The translations under genes were made by a program, and so were the position numbers. DNA of 64,000 nt. Origin: Pirellula sp. Its GTDB lineage: Bacteria > Planctomycetota > Planctomycetia > Pirellulales > PNKZ01. The notes beneath the pieces are model-generated. The model was not told where the DNA came from, did no database searches, and saw nothing but the letters and a program-made list of their open reading frames with translations. Positions within the stretch are counted from its first letter, which is position 1; every line of letters starts with the position of its first letter. The stretch spans positions 80,076 through 144,075 of the forward strand of contig PNKZ01000013.1 in NCBI GenBank assembly GCA_013822735.1, given 5' to 3'. Positions 36,173 to 45,106 of the stretch are shown here, piece after piece.

Positions 36173-36228
36173 AACAATTGCAAGAACGCTAAGCCGGTTC
36201 CTTAAAATCGCCCATACAATGCGAATTA

Positions 36229-36248
36229 CGCGACATTTTGACGCGGTG
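36229..36248. promoter_or_regulatory. Conserved 20-bp upstream motif, copy 2
   Basis: CGCGACATTTTGACGCGGTG, in the same orientation relative to the giant gene as copy 1. Confidence 0.5.
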
Positions 36249-36879
36249 GTATATCCCTTTCGGATCCGATGCCCGTCGCGGCAACGTACAACAATTGGGT
36301 GGGTCGGTCGCGTTTCAGAAAATCCAGATTGGCTGCGGATGCTGGACCAAAAAGGGCTCGTTTTTGTATCGTCGGACCGAGCTCAGAGGCCCGGAGTCAA
36401 TCCGATGATTGCGCGCTTACGAGCAAGCGGTCGCCGCACTGCGGAACCGCAATCGCGGAGGGCGTCGTAGAACCTCGGCTCCCAAAAAATCCCCACCCGA
36501 TGCCGACGAGTTGCGCACGCGTCGAGAAGACGGATGAGATCGCCATGACCTTTACGGAAGGTGCTTTGCGTGCGGAGGAGGCAGATCGGTAAGACTGCTC
36601 TTCGGACCGGCAAACCCATCAGGCGTATTTCTCACAACGTCGCAACCGACGCGACGCGGCATTGTTTGAGTTCGTCGATCTCTGTCCGGCTTCGCAATTC
36701 GCCCCTCCGCGAGAAGTTGGTCCTGCGGCAAGAAGCCCCTTAGCGCCGGTCTGGATGATTCGGTGCGCATGGGATCGCTGCCTGAAGCCACGCCGTGAGC
36801 CTGTATCCGTACTCAGCCTCGGCGATTTCAGCTTTGACTCCCTGAATCGCTTTTAATTGAATTCCCGAGGTAGCTCACG

Positions 36880-37528
36880 ATGCTCCCGTGTCTCGGCCTC
36901 CCATTCACCTGGCCGGTCCTTGTGAATGTCTATCCGCAAGGACGTGCGGAAGCCGCGACGGTAGCGGTGCGAGTTACGGTCGAATGTCCCGGACTCACTC
37001 CCCTCGATTCAGAACGCTCAATCGCATTCCCGCTCGAACTCGTAGGCCGCGGCTTGCCGAGAATGAGGGAATCCGGAGCAATTTGCTCCAGTGATGTCGT
37101 CGAAATAGATTTTACGTTCGAGCGCAATGACGACGTAATTCGCGAGGTCCGCAGTCGAATAGATTTCATTCATGACTGGCCGGTCGAAACGGGCAAACCG
37201 CAACGGGTTGTCTTGCCGAAAGTCGATCACGTGCTTTTTTGCGAAAGCTGCCCAACAGATGGAAGCACGGCAAAGCGCGGTGCAGCTCGTCGTCGACGCG
37301 CCGTCGTTACAGAAGGCGAGCCTCACGACATCGGACCTTTGGCGACAGATCGCACGCGTATGCGATCCGAAGGATACGCCGGAAAGGCGATTTCAAAAGC
37401 TCAATGAGCTGATGATTAGAATGGACGCCGGGGAACGATCATTGAAGTCTTCGGCAGCGATCAAGATCGTATCGCAATCGAAGGCGATCGTCCGGCGCGA
37501 CGGCCGGCGACTTAGGGAGCTCGAGTAG
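36880..37528 (+). pseudogene. Decayed fragment resembling the N-terminus of an RND (AcrB/CzcA-like) efflux transporter
   Basis: VRVTVECPGLTPLDSERSIAFPLE..GLP..EIDFTF..EVRSRID resembles the PN1 subdomain. A second frame gives QLVVDAPSLQKASLTTSDL. Far too short for an RND protein and frameshifted. Confidence 0.4.
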
Positions 37529-37547
37529 GCGCCCGTCCAGCGCGATG

Positions 37548-37673
37548 TTAGCGCACGAAGAACGGGCCGAGGATGAGGGCCAAGCCGATCGTGAGTAGAG
37601 CCGTGGTGGCCAATGCGCAGAAGCCGATGCCGAAGCTTAGCCAGCCGTTTACGTTGCGAGATTCGTCTTTCAT
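37548..37673 (-). CDS. Small single-pass membrane protein (41 aa)
   Basis: MKDESRNVNGWLSFGIGFCALATTALLTIGLALILGPFFVR, with GAGGG 7 nt upstream of the ATG. Below the ORF-track cut-off. Confidence 0.5.
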   Translation of the reverse strand: MKDESRNVNGWLSFGIGFCALATTALLTIGLALILGPFFVR

Positions 37674-38105
37674 CGTAGACCCTCTAGGTAACGATCCAAC
37701 GTCGGTGTCGAATCCATTTCTCGTCACTCGACGACTTCATCATCGCCACCATCCGGATTTGCACAAACGGATTTAGCACGTCCTTAATGCACAGGCGCTA
37801 AGTTCGACCGCTTTCCTGCCGGCAACTACCGCGCTGGAGCCCGAACACCGTGCCCGACGAAGTCGCCGAGCGCAACGCATACGTTGCAACTTCCGCGGCA
37901 CATTCGCGGTTTTGTGGCGTCGTCGAAATCCGGTGGTTTCGGCGTTGCGCCGTCGGCAAGGAAATCTGAGTTCAGTCGTTTAATCTGTCGGCTTTTTTCT
38001 TACAATCGCGTCGAGTTTTATGTGCTTCCTCATTCCCCACCGCAGCGAAGCTATGTTGCGACGACTGCGGACAGTATTGAACGCGGCTCCCCAGGTGCGT
38101 ACTCG

Positions 38106-38492
38106 ATGGCGATGATTCTCTGTCCCGGATGTTCGAGCGAGATCTCCGACAACGTGTATCGATGCCCTTTGTGCGCGCAGTACATCGGCGGCGACATTGC
38201 GCCGCGCAACCGGACCGACGAAGCGGAGAGCGCAGGCATGCGCATCCTGTTCCCCGTCGGTCGTTCAGGGTGGGCCATCGCTTCCGGCTACTTGGGCCTG
38301 ATCTCCATCTTGTTGATTCCGGCGCCCATGGCACTGTTCACAGGCATCATGGCCATTCGCGACATCCGGCGCAACCCGAAGAAACACGGCATGGGTCGCG
38401 CGGTCTTCGGCATTGTGATGGGTGCGTTCGGAACCCTCTCGCTCTTGTTCGTCGGCATCATCATGTTGGGCGACGCAGCGCGAGGCCGCTGA
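38106..38492 (+). CDS. Zinc-ribbon + DUF4190-like membrane protein
   Basis: CPGC..CPLC ribbon, then GWAIASGYLGL..GIMAIRDI..HGMGRAVFGIVMG. Confidence 0.75.
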   Translation: MAMILCPGCSSEISDNVYRCPLCAQYIGGDIAPRNRTDEAESAGMRILFPVGRSGWAIASGYLGLISILLIPAPMALFTGIMAIRDIRRNPKKHGMGRAVFGIVMGAFGTLSLLFVGIIMLGDAARGR

Positions 38493-38682
38493 TCTCGCGC
38501 CGCATGCCGACGGCTTTCCGCAGCGGTCGGCTACGGCGTCCTATTCAAACCCGGAGAAGGCCCTTAAACTCTCGTTTAATTGCCCGACGCCGCGACAGGA
38601 AGCGGTCGGCGCACTATGCCAACGTGCAACAGCTACTACCAGGAAGGGCGACAGTAATGATGCGATCGGCGACGCAGTTCTC

Positions 38683-40959
38683 ATGAATTCGATCTTCCGC
38701 AATTGCTGTCGCATTTCGATCGGCTTCATGCTGCTTACGGCGCCGTTCTTGGCTTACGGCGCCTGGCAAGCGTTGCAGTTGAACGCGAACTCGCCGATCG
38801 ATTGGATGCCGACGGATTTTCCGGCGCGGCTCGACTATGAGCGTTTCGATGCGGCGTTTGAAAGCGGCGAAGTTGTCGTCGTCAGTTGGCCCGGCTGCGC
38901 GATCGACGACGCGCGGCTCGAGACTTTCGGACGGGTCGCAAGCAGTTCGGCCGAAGCGCACGACACGGACGGCCGCCCCTACTTTAGCCGCGTCCTCACG
39001 GCGAGCGGCATCCTCCGCGACCTGACTTCGCCGCCGCTCGATCTGCCGCAAGCCGAGGCCGTGAGGCGGTTACAAGGTTCGCTGATCGGTCCCGACGGGC
39101 GCTCCGCCTGCGCCGTCGTGGTGTTTACTTCGGAGGGCTTGCGCGACCGCGCGCGGGCCGTGCCGCTGCTGCGCCGCATTCTCGCCGAAGATTGCGGCGT
39201 CGGTCCCGACGACCAACGCTTGGCCGGGCCGATCATGGACGGATTGGCCGTCGACGTCGCATCGCTCGAATCGCTGAATCGTTTCGCGGGCCCGTCGTCG
39301 CTGGTCATCTTTTTACTTGTTTGGCGCTGTTTGAAATCCTGGCGATCGGCGCTCTTGGTGTTTCTCATTGCCACGTATTGCCAATTGGCATCGCTGGCGC
39401 TCGTGCACTTTTGCGGCGAAGCGATGAACGCCGTGCTCATCGTCATGCCGCCGCTAGTGCTGGTGCTCGGCGTCTCCGGCGGCATCCATTTGGTGAATTA
39501 TTTGTACGACGCGGTTTGCCACGGCGGGCATTCGGGCGTTGCGGGGCGCGCGGTGCGACTCGGTTGGATACCATGCGCGCTTTCCAGCGGCACGACCGCC
39601 ATCGGCCTCGCCTCGCTGATGATCAGCGACATCGTGCCGATTCGGCAGTTTGGGTTCTACGGCGCATTCGGCGTGTCGGCGACCTTCGTTATGCTCTTCC
39701 TCGTGCTGCCCGGCGCGTTTGAGATTTGGCCGGGGCTGAATCGCGAATCGCATTCGGAGGCCGACTCCGACGCTCCGAGCTTGCCGGAATCGCGACTCAT
39801 GGATTTCATTCGCAAGTATGCAAACTCGATCGTCGTCGCGAGTTTCGTGCTGATGCTGGCGACCGGCTGGGGGATGCCGCGGATCAAGACGTCGGTGCGA
39901 ATTCAAACGCTCTTCGGCGCCGATAGTCGCATCCTTACCGATTATCGCTGGATCGAAGATCATGTCGTGCCGCTGGTGCCGATCGAGGTGATCGTGCATT
40001 GCCAAAAGGACTGCTCGCTCACGACGCTGGAACGGCTGGCGCTGGTGCAACGGGTCGAGAACCGCCTTGCCGAATTGCCGGAAGTACGCGGCACGCTTTC
40101 GGCGATGGCGTTCTTGCCGAAGCTCAGCGATCCGGGCGGGGCGATGTCGACGGTAGCCCGGACGGTCTTGCGACGGAAGCTGGAAAGCAATCTCGATCGC
40201 TTCGTCGAGCTGCGCTATCTCTCGATGCAAGCGGGGGAACAGAATTGGCGAGTGACGGCCCGCGTGAGTTCGCTAGCGGACATCGACTACGGCGACTTTC
40301 TCAAGGAAGTACACGACGCGGTGACGCCGATCGTCGAGGAGTACACGGCTCGCGGCGTGAAGGGGATCAATATTACATCGACCGGGGCCATGCCGCTGGT
40401 GCACGAGGTGCAGCGCGGGCTTGTGAACGACTTGTTCAGCAGCTTTCTGTCCGCGCTGGTTCTGATCACGATCATCATGATGCTGATCGAACGGGGCGTC
40501 GCGGCCGGACTCGTGTCGATGGTGCCGAATTTCTTCCCCGTGGTGCTGCTCTTTGGTCTGCTCGGTTGGATTGGTCGGCCGATGGATATCGGCTCGATCA
40601 TGACGGCGAGCATTGCGCTGGGAATGGCGATCGACGGCACGCTGCACTACCTAACGTTTTACCGGCGCGATATTTTGAAGACCGATTCCCCCGCGTCGGC
40701 GACGCACGCGGCCTACGCGCATTGCGCGGCGGCGATGACGGAGAGCACCGTCGTGTGCGGCTTCGGCCTGATGCCGTTTGCATTGAGCGAATTCTTGCCG
40801 ACGAGCCGATTTCCCTGGATGATCTTATGGCTGATATGGGTGGCGCTGATCGGCGACCTGATCGTGCTGCCGGCCCTATTGCTGAGCCCGCTCGGCCGAT
40901 TTTTCCGCCGCCGGCGCGGCGAGAAAGCCGCGGTGGTGCCTGCCGATTCGCAAGACTGA
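38683..40959 (+). CDS. MMPL/RND-superfamily transporter
   Basis: Two repeats of 1 TM + periplasmic loop + 5 TM; motifs GTTAIGLASL and GMAIDGTLHY. ATG 38683 chosen. Confidence 0.88.
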   Translation: MNSIFRNCCRISIGFMLLTAPFLAYGAWQALQLNANSPIDWMPTDFPARLDYERFDAAFESGEVVVVSWPGCAIDDARLETFGRVASSSAEAHDTDGRPYFSRVLTASGILRDLTSPPLDLPQAEAVRRLQGSLIGPDGRSACAVVVFTSEGLRDRARAVPLLRRILAEDCGVGPDDQRLAGPIMDGLAVDVASLESLNRFAGPSSLVIFLLVWRCLKSWRSALLVFLIATYCQLASLALVHFCGEAMNAVLIVMPPLVLVLGVSGGIHLVNYLYDAVCHGGHSGVAGRAVRLGWIPCALSSGTTAIGLASLMISDIVPIRQFGFYGAFGVSATFVMLFLVLPGAFEIWPGLNRESHSEADSDAPSLPESRLMDFIRKYANSIVVASFVLMLATGWGMPRIKTSVRIQTLFGADSRILTDYRWIEDHVVPLVPIEVIVHCQKDCSLTTLERLALVQRVENRLAELPEVRGTLSAMAFLPKLSDPGGAMSTVARTVLRRKLESNLDRFVELRYLSMQAGEQNWRVTARVSSLADIDYGDFLKEVHDAVTPIVEEYTARGVKGINITSTGAMPLVHEVQRGLVNDLFSSFLSALVLITIIMMLIERGVAAGLVSMVPNFFPVVLLFGLLGWIGRPMDIGSIMTASIALGMAIDGTLHYLTFYRRDILKTDSPASATHAAYAHCAAAMTESTVVCGFGLMPFALSEFLPTSRFPWMILWLIWVALIGDLIVLPALLLSPLGRFFRRRRGEKAAVVPADSQD

Positions 40960-41034
40960 CAAGGTGTCGCCAAGGTATGATGTCCGGCGGCGACTTTGTT
41001 TCGGGACAATCCATCGTTGATCGAGAGGGCTTGC

Positions 41035-41778
41035 GTGACGGACAGCGTACCAGTGACGGATGGCGCACCCGCGGCGCCGAAATCGATTCTGCGTCGGCGG
41101 CTTACTTGGTTCTTCGGCTTTCTCGCGCTCTGGGCGATCGGCGCGTATCTGCTAATGCCTGAAGGTTGGTACCGCTACGCGAAGCGGCATCCTTCGCTGG
41201 ACGACGTGCCGACAATCACCTACACGAAAGACGGCATCCCGGGCGATCCGCTGAACATCGGAGCGATCGGAACGGAGCGGGAACTAAAGAAGATCATGAT
41301 TGCGGCGCATTGGTACCCGGCCGATCCGCTGACGCTGAAGAGTTGCTTGGAGATCGCCGAGGCGACGGTGTTGAAACGACCTTACGACGAAGCGCCGGTG
41401 AGCAACCTGTATTTATGGCACCGCAAGGAAGACCTGGCCTTTGAAAAGCCGGTGGGAGACGATCCGCGGCAGCGGCACCATGTGCGGTTTTGGAAGTCGG
41501 AAAAAATCGACTCCGACGGCCGTCCCGTTTGGCTCGGCTCCGCGACGTACGACCGTGCGGTCGGCTTAAGCCACACCACGGGTCAGATCACGCACCATAT
41601 CGCCGCCGACATCGACGCCGAACGCAACGGACTCATCGCCGACTGGCAAGCGACCGGGCGCGTGGAAGAAGTCTACACCGTGCAGGACTTCCAAAAAAAC
41701 AAGTCGGGGCGCAACGGCGGCGGCGATCCGTGGGAGACCGACGGCAACTTAAAAGTCGGCGTGTTTAAGCCGGAATAA
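41035..41778 (+). CDS. LssY C-terminal domain protein
   Basis: GDPLNI, APVSNLYLW, RHHVRFW, ATYDRAVG and THHIAADIDAER motifs; GTG start after GAGAGGG. Confidence 0.8.
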   Translation: MTDSVPVTDGAPAAPKSILRRRLTWFFGFLALWAIGAYLLMPEGWYRYAKRHPSLDDVPTITYTKDGIPGDPLNIGAIGTERELKKIMIAAHWYPADPLTLKSCLEIAEATVLKRPYDEAPVSNLYLWHRKEDLAFEKPVGDDPRQRHHVRFWKSEKIDSDGRPVWLGSATYDRAVGLSHTTGQITHHIAADIDAERNGLIADWQATGRVEEVYTVQDFQKNKSGRNGGGDPWETDGNLKVGVFKPE

Positions 41779-41820
41779 GAAGCGCGGTGCGCGTTGAAAC
41801 GAGTCACGAGAGACGAGCTC

Positions 41821-43155
41821 ATGCACTTCAGAATAGTACTCGTACTACTGGTAGCACTAGAGGGCTGTTCGCGCGCCGGCGAGGCGCTTCCGGAGAAGGT
41901 CGGGCCGCTGCCCGCAGCGAGTACGACGGGGGAGCGGGGGATGCTCGACTTCCCGGCGCTCGACCCGGTGCGCGATTGGCCTTGGTGGCGCGGCCCGACT
42001 CGCAACGGCGTTGCCGGCGCAGACGCGAAGCCTCCGGTGCGTTTCGGCGATTCGGAGAACGTCGTCTGGCGCACGCCGGTGCCGGGACGCGGTCATTCGT
42101 CGCCGATCGTCGTCGGCGAGCGTGTCTTCCTCACCACGGCCGACGAAGCCGCGCAGATCCATTCGGTCCTGGCTTTCGATCGGGCGACCGGCCGACAACT
42201 TTGGCAAACCGAAGTGAGCCGCGGCGGCTTCCCGGCTAGGATTCACGGCAACAACACGCATGCCACGCCGACCATCGCCTGCGACGGCAAGCAACTGATT
42301 GCCGTGTTCATTCGCAATGAAGCGATCGAGGCGACTTGGCTCGACCTCGAAGGAAAGCAACTGCGGCAAGCCGTGATCGGCCCGTTCCACCCGAAACAGT
42401 ACGAATTCGGCTATGGTCCGTCGCCGCTGCTCTTCAAGAATATGTGCATCTTTGCCAGCGAGTTCGACGGAGCGAGCTTTCTCGCCGCGGTAGATATCGC
42501 TTCGGGCCAAGACGTTTGGCGTACCTCACGCCCGAAAAACATCAGCTTCTCGTCGCCGGTTGTAGCGCCGATCGCCGGACGCGATCAACTCCTCATCAGC
42601 GGAGCCCATGCGTTGGCGAGCTACGATCCCAACACCGGCTCCGAACTCTGGTCGGCAAAAGCCACGACGGCGGCGACCTGCGGCACCGTGGTGTGGCACG
42701 ACGACATCATCATGGCCAGCGGCGGCTACCCGGATAGCGTCACGTGCGCCGTCCGCGGCGACGGCTCCGGCAACGTGCTCTGGCAAAACAAAGAGAAGTG
42801 CTACGAACAATCGATGATCGAGCACGAAGGCTCCCTTTACGCGCTCACCGATAAAGGGGTGATGTACTGTTGGAATGCCGCCGATGGTACCGAACGCTGG
42901 AAACAACGGCTGCGCGGGCCCGTCAGCAGTTCGCCGGTGTTGGCCGATGGTCGCATTTATTGGGCCAACGAACGCGGCACATATTACGTCGTTCGTGCGA
43001 CGCCCGAGACGTTCGACTTGCTAGCCGAAAACCAAGTGGGGGACGAATCCTTCGCGAGCCCGGCGGCCGTCGGCGATCGGCTCTTCCTCCGTATTGCGTC
43101 GAGCGCCTCAGACTCGCGCCAAGAATACCTCGTTTGCGTCGGTGACAAGAAGTAG
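41821..43155 (+). CDS. PQQ-like beta-propeller (BamB-like) exported protein
   Basis: DWPWWRGPTRNG, GHSSPIV and repeated TG.ELW blades; hydrophobic N-terminus with a possible lipobox (LEGC). Confidence 0.88.
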   Translation: MHFRIVLVLLVALEGCSRAGEALPEKVGPLPAASTTGERGMLDFPALDPVRDWPWWRGPTRNGVAGADAKPPVRFGDSENVVWRTPVPGRGHSSPIVVGERVFLTTADEAAQIHSVLAFDRATGRQLWQTEVSRGGFPARIHGNNTHATPTIACDGKQLIAVFIRNEAIEATWLDLEGKQLRQAVIGPFHPKQYEFGYGPSPLLFKNMCIFASEFDGASFLAAVDIASGQDVWRTSRPKNISFSSPVVAPIAGRDQLLISGAHALASYDPNTGSELWSAKATTAATCGTVVWHDDIIMASGGYPDSVTCAVRGDGSGNVLWQNKEKCYEQSMIEHEGSLYALTDKGVMYCWNAADGTERWKQRLRGPVSSSPVLADGRIYWANERGTYYVVRATPETFDLLAENQVGDESFASPAAVGDRLFLRIASSASDSRQEYLVCVGDKK

Positions 43156-43260
43156 CCTTGCGTGCATTCATCGGCAGTTGAATTCGCCGTCGGATTCGCG
43201 TATAGAAACGTCGCTCGCAACCTCGCCTCGCCGCCGCCCCACCTTGCCAGGACCCTCGCC

Positions 43261-43983
43261 ATGCTCGGATTTCGCTTCGTCGCTTTCAGCGCGTTGTTAT
43301 GCCTCACCGTTACTTCGCTCGACGCGGCCGATCCGTCCGTGAATCCGTTCAACAACAGCAATCTCGCCGGCTGGACCACGACGGCCGGCAAACCCGCGCC
43401 CGCCGGCTGGGAAGTCGTCGACGGCGTCATCCATTTGAAGCCCGGCAAATCGCAAGGGGGCAACATCGTCACGGCACACGACTACGGCGACTTCTCGCTC
43501 TCGTTCGATTGGAAGATCGCCCCCAAAGGCAACAGCGGCATCAAGTACCGCGTGCGCGACTACAACGGCAAAGTACTCGGCCTCGAGTACCAGATGTACG
43601 ACGACAACGCGACGAAGAAGCCCGGCCCCGCGAAAGGTTCCACAGGCTCTTTGTACGATCTCTACGAGCCGAATAGCGCCAAGCAAGTCAATCCGCCCGG
43701 CGAATGGAATACCGGTCGGATCGTCGTCCGCAACAATCGCATCGAGCATTGGCTCAACGGCAAACTCGTCGTCACGGCGTACGTCGGCAGCAGCGAATGG
43801 AACAAGCGCGTCGCGGAAAGCAAGTTCGGCGACGTACCCAATTTCGCGCAGAATTCCGTCGGAAAACTGATGCTGACCGATCACGGGAGCGAAGTGTGGA
43901 TTCGCAACGCCCGCTTCGAAACGTTCTCCGGCGGCAAGTCTGCTCCGCGTAGATTTCTCTCGCGACTGCGCGCTTGGAACTAA
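43261..43983 (+). CDS. DUF1080 (3-keto-disaccharide hydrolase-like) exported protein
   Basis: GNSGIKY, EYQMYDD, GSLYD, GEWN, IEHWLNG and DHGSEVWIRN motifs; signal peptide. Confidence 0.9.
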   Translation: MLGFRFVAFSALLCLTVTSLDAADPSVNPFNNSNLAGWTTTAGKPAPAGWEVVDGVIHLKPGKSQGGNIVTAHDYGDFSLSFDWKIAPKGNSGIKYRVRDYNGKVLGLEYQMYDDNATKKPGPAKGSTGSLYDLYEPNSAKQVNPPGEWNTGRIVVRNNRIEHWLNGKLVVTAYVGSSEWNKRVAESKFGDVPNFAQNSVGKLMLTDHGSEVWIRNARFETFSGGKSAPRRFLSRLRAWN

Positions 43984-43993
43984 ACGGCCCGAG

Positions 43994-44749
43994 CTACGGC
44001 TTTGACGCCAGTTCCCGCAAGATATACGCCGTGGTCGTATCCGCCAGCACCTGATAAGCCCCCGGCTTCCAATGAAATTGGTCGCCGCGAGCCCACTCCA
44101 ACTTATCGGCCAGCAGCCCGTAGAAATCGTTGACGGGGACGTCGAGCCGCTTCATCACGCCGGCCGCCATCCGGTTATGCTCGACGATCGTCGCATTGAT
44201 CTCCGGATCGAGTTCCGTGGGCTTCCCTTTTACCGTCACGGGGGTGCTGGAAGCCCAGACGATCTTGGCATTCGGCAGCTTTTCACGAATCACTTCGACG
44301 TAAGCCTGCGTTAACGGCTCAAACGTCCCCTCTTTGATACGCCCCGCCTGCCAGCCGTGCAGCCCCATATTGAAGTGGACCACGTCGTAAGGCCCGTTGG
44401 CCAAAACTTCGGCGAGTAGCTTATTCGTGTGGGGCGACTGGCAATACGGATTGACCCAGGCATCGACGTAAACTTTGCCGTCGAGCGCCTTCGTCGTCGG
44501 CTTGAGATAGCCGTTGAGAATCGAGTCGCCGATCAGCAGCACGCGCGGCCGTTTGGGGTCGACGATGCGCGCCTTGTCGACGCGCCACCCTTTGCCGTCG
44601 GCATGCAGCCGCGCGTCGCTCTCGACCACCGTACTCGGAGCATTCGTAAAAGCACCCGGCCGGTCGGCCGCCGATGCAAGCGAGGCGAAGAGAAAACAAA
44701 GTGCCGGTGGGACGGCAACGAATCGAACGGAGAGAGTGCGCATGCACAT
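43994..44749 (-). CDS. SGNH/GDSL hydrolase, exported
   Basis: [14 protein letters not shown] and DQFH motifs; signal peptide ending ASA. Start 44749 or 44743. Confidence 0.88.
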   Translation of the reverse strand: MCMRTLSVRFVAVPPALCFLFASLASAADRPGAFTNAPSTVVESDARLHADGKGWRVDKARIVDPKRPRVLLIGDSILNGYLKPTTKALDGKVYVDAWVNPYCQSPHTNKLLAEVLANGPYDVVHFNMGLHGWQAGRIKEGTFEPLTQAYVEVIREKLPNAKIVWASSTPVTVKGKPTELDPEINATIVEHNRMAAGVMKRLDVPVNDFYGLLADKLEWARGDQFHWKPGAYQVLADTTTAYILRELASKP

Positions 44750-45106
44750 GTTTCGTCTCGGAAAAGAGTCGCTTACTGCAACGAACGGGAAAGCTCGACA
44801 TTGTAGCCTCACCGCAAGGCGCGCAAACGACCTGAGCTTACAAAGTTGCGCTGCCGAAAACAGCGTGACGCGGCTTTACGATCGCGCAGGCCGGCCTTCA
44901 CTCGCGCAACAGCCTGCTGCCGTTTTTGCCGACAACCAGGAAAAATGGCCGTTCTTACCTCATTTACCGCAGTTTGGGGAAGTTGCAACCGCAGGGGTCC
45001 GCGAATTGCATTTCAGGTTCTAAATCGCGGCACAAACAGTCGTCGCTCAAATCAAAACAGATTTCGCACCACGAATACTTCGGAACTTCGAACCAAGGGA
45101 TTGATC

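Noticed and set aside
36609-36660. GGCAAACCC suggesting a c-di-GMP-I riboswitch
   Set aside because: The downstream GNRA stem and GGGACGCAAAGC elements are absent.
37532-37541. CCCGTCCAGC as an attR copy of the tRNA 3' end
   Set aside because: It is short, needs a gap, and is expected by chance at this GC content.
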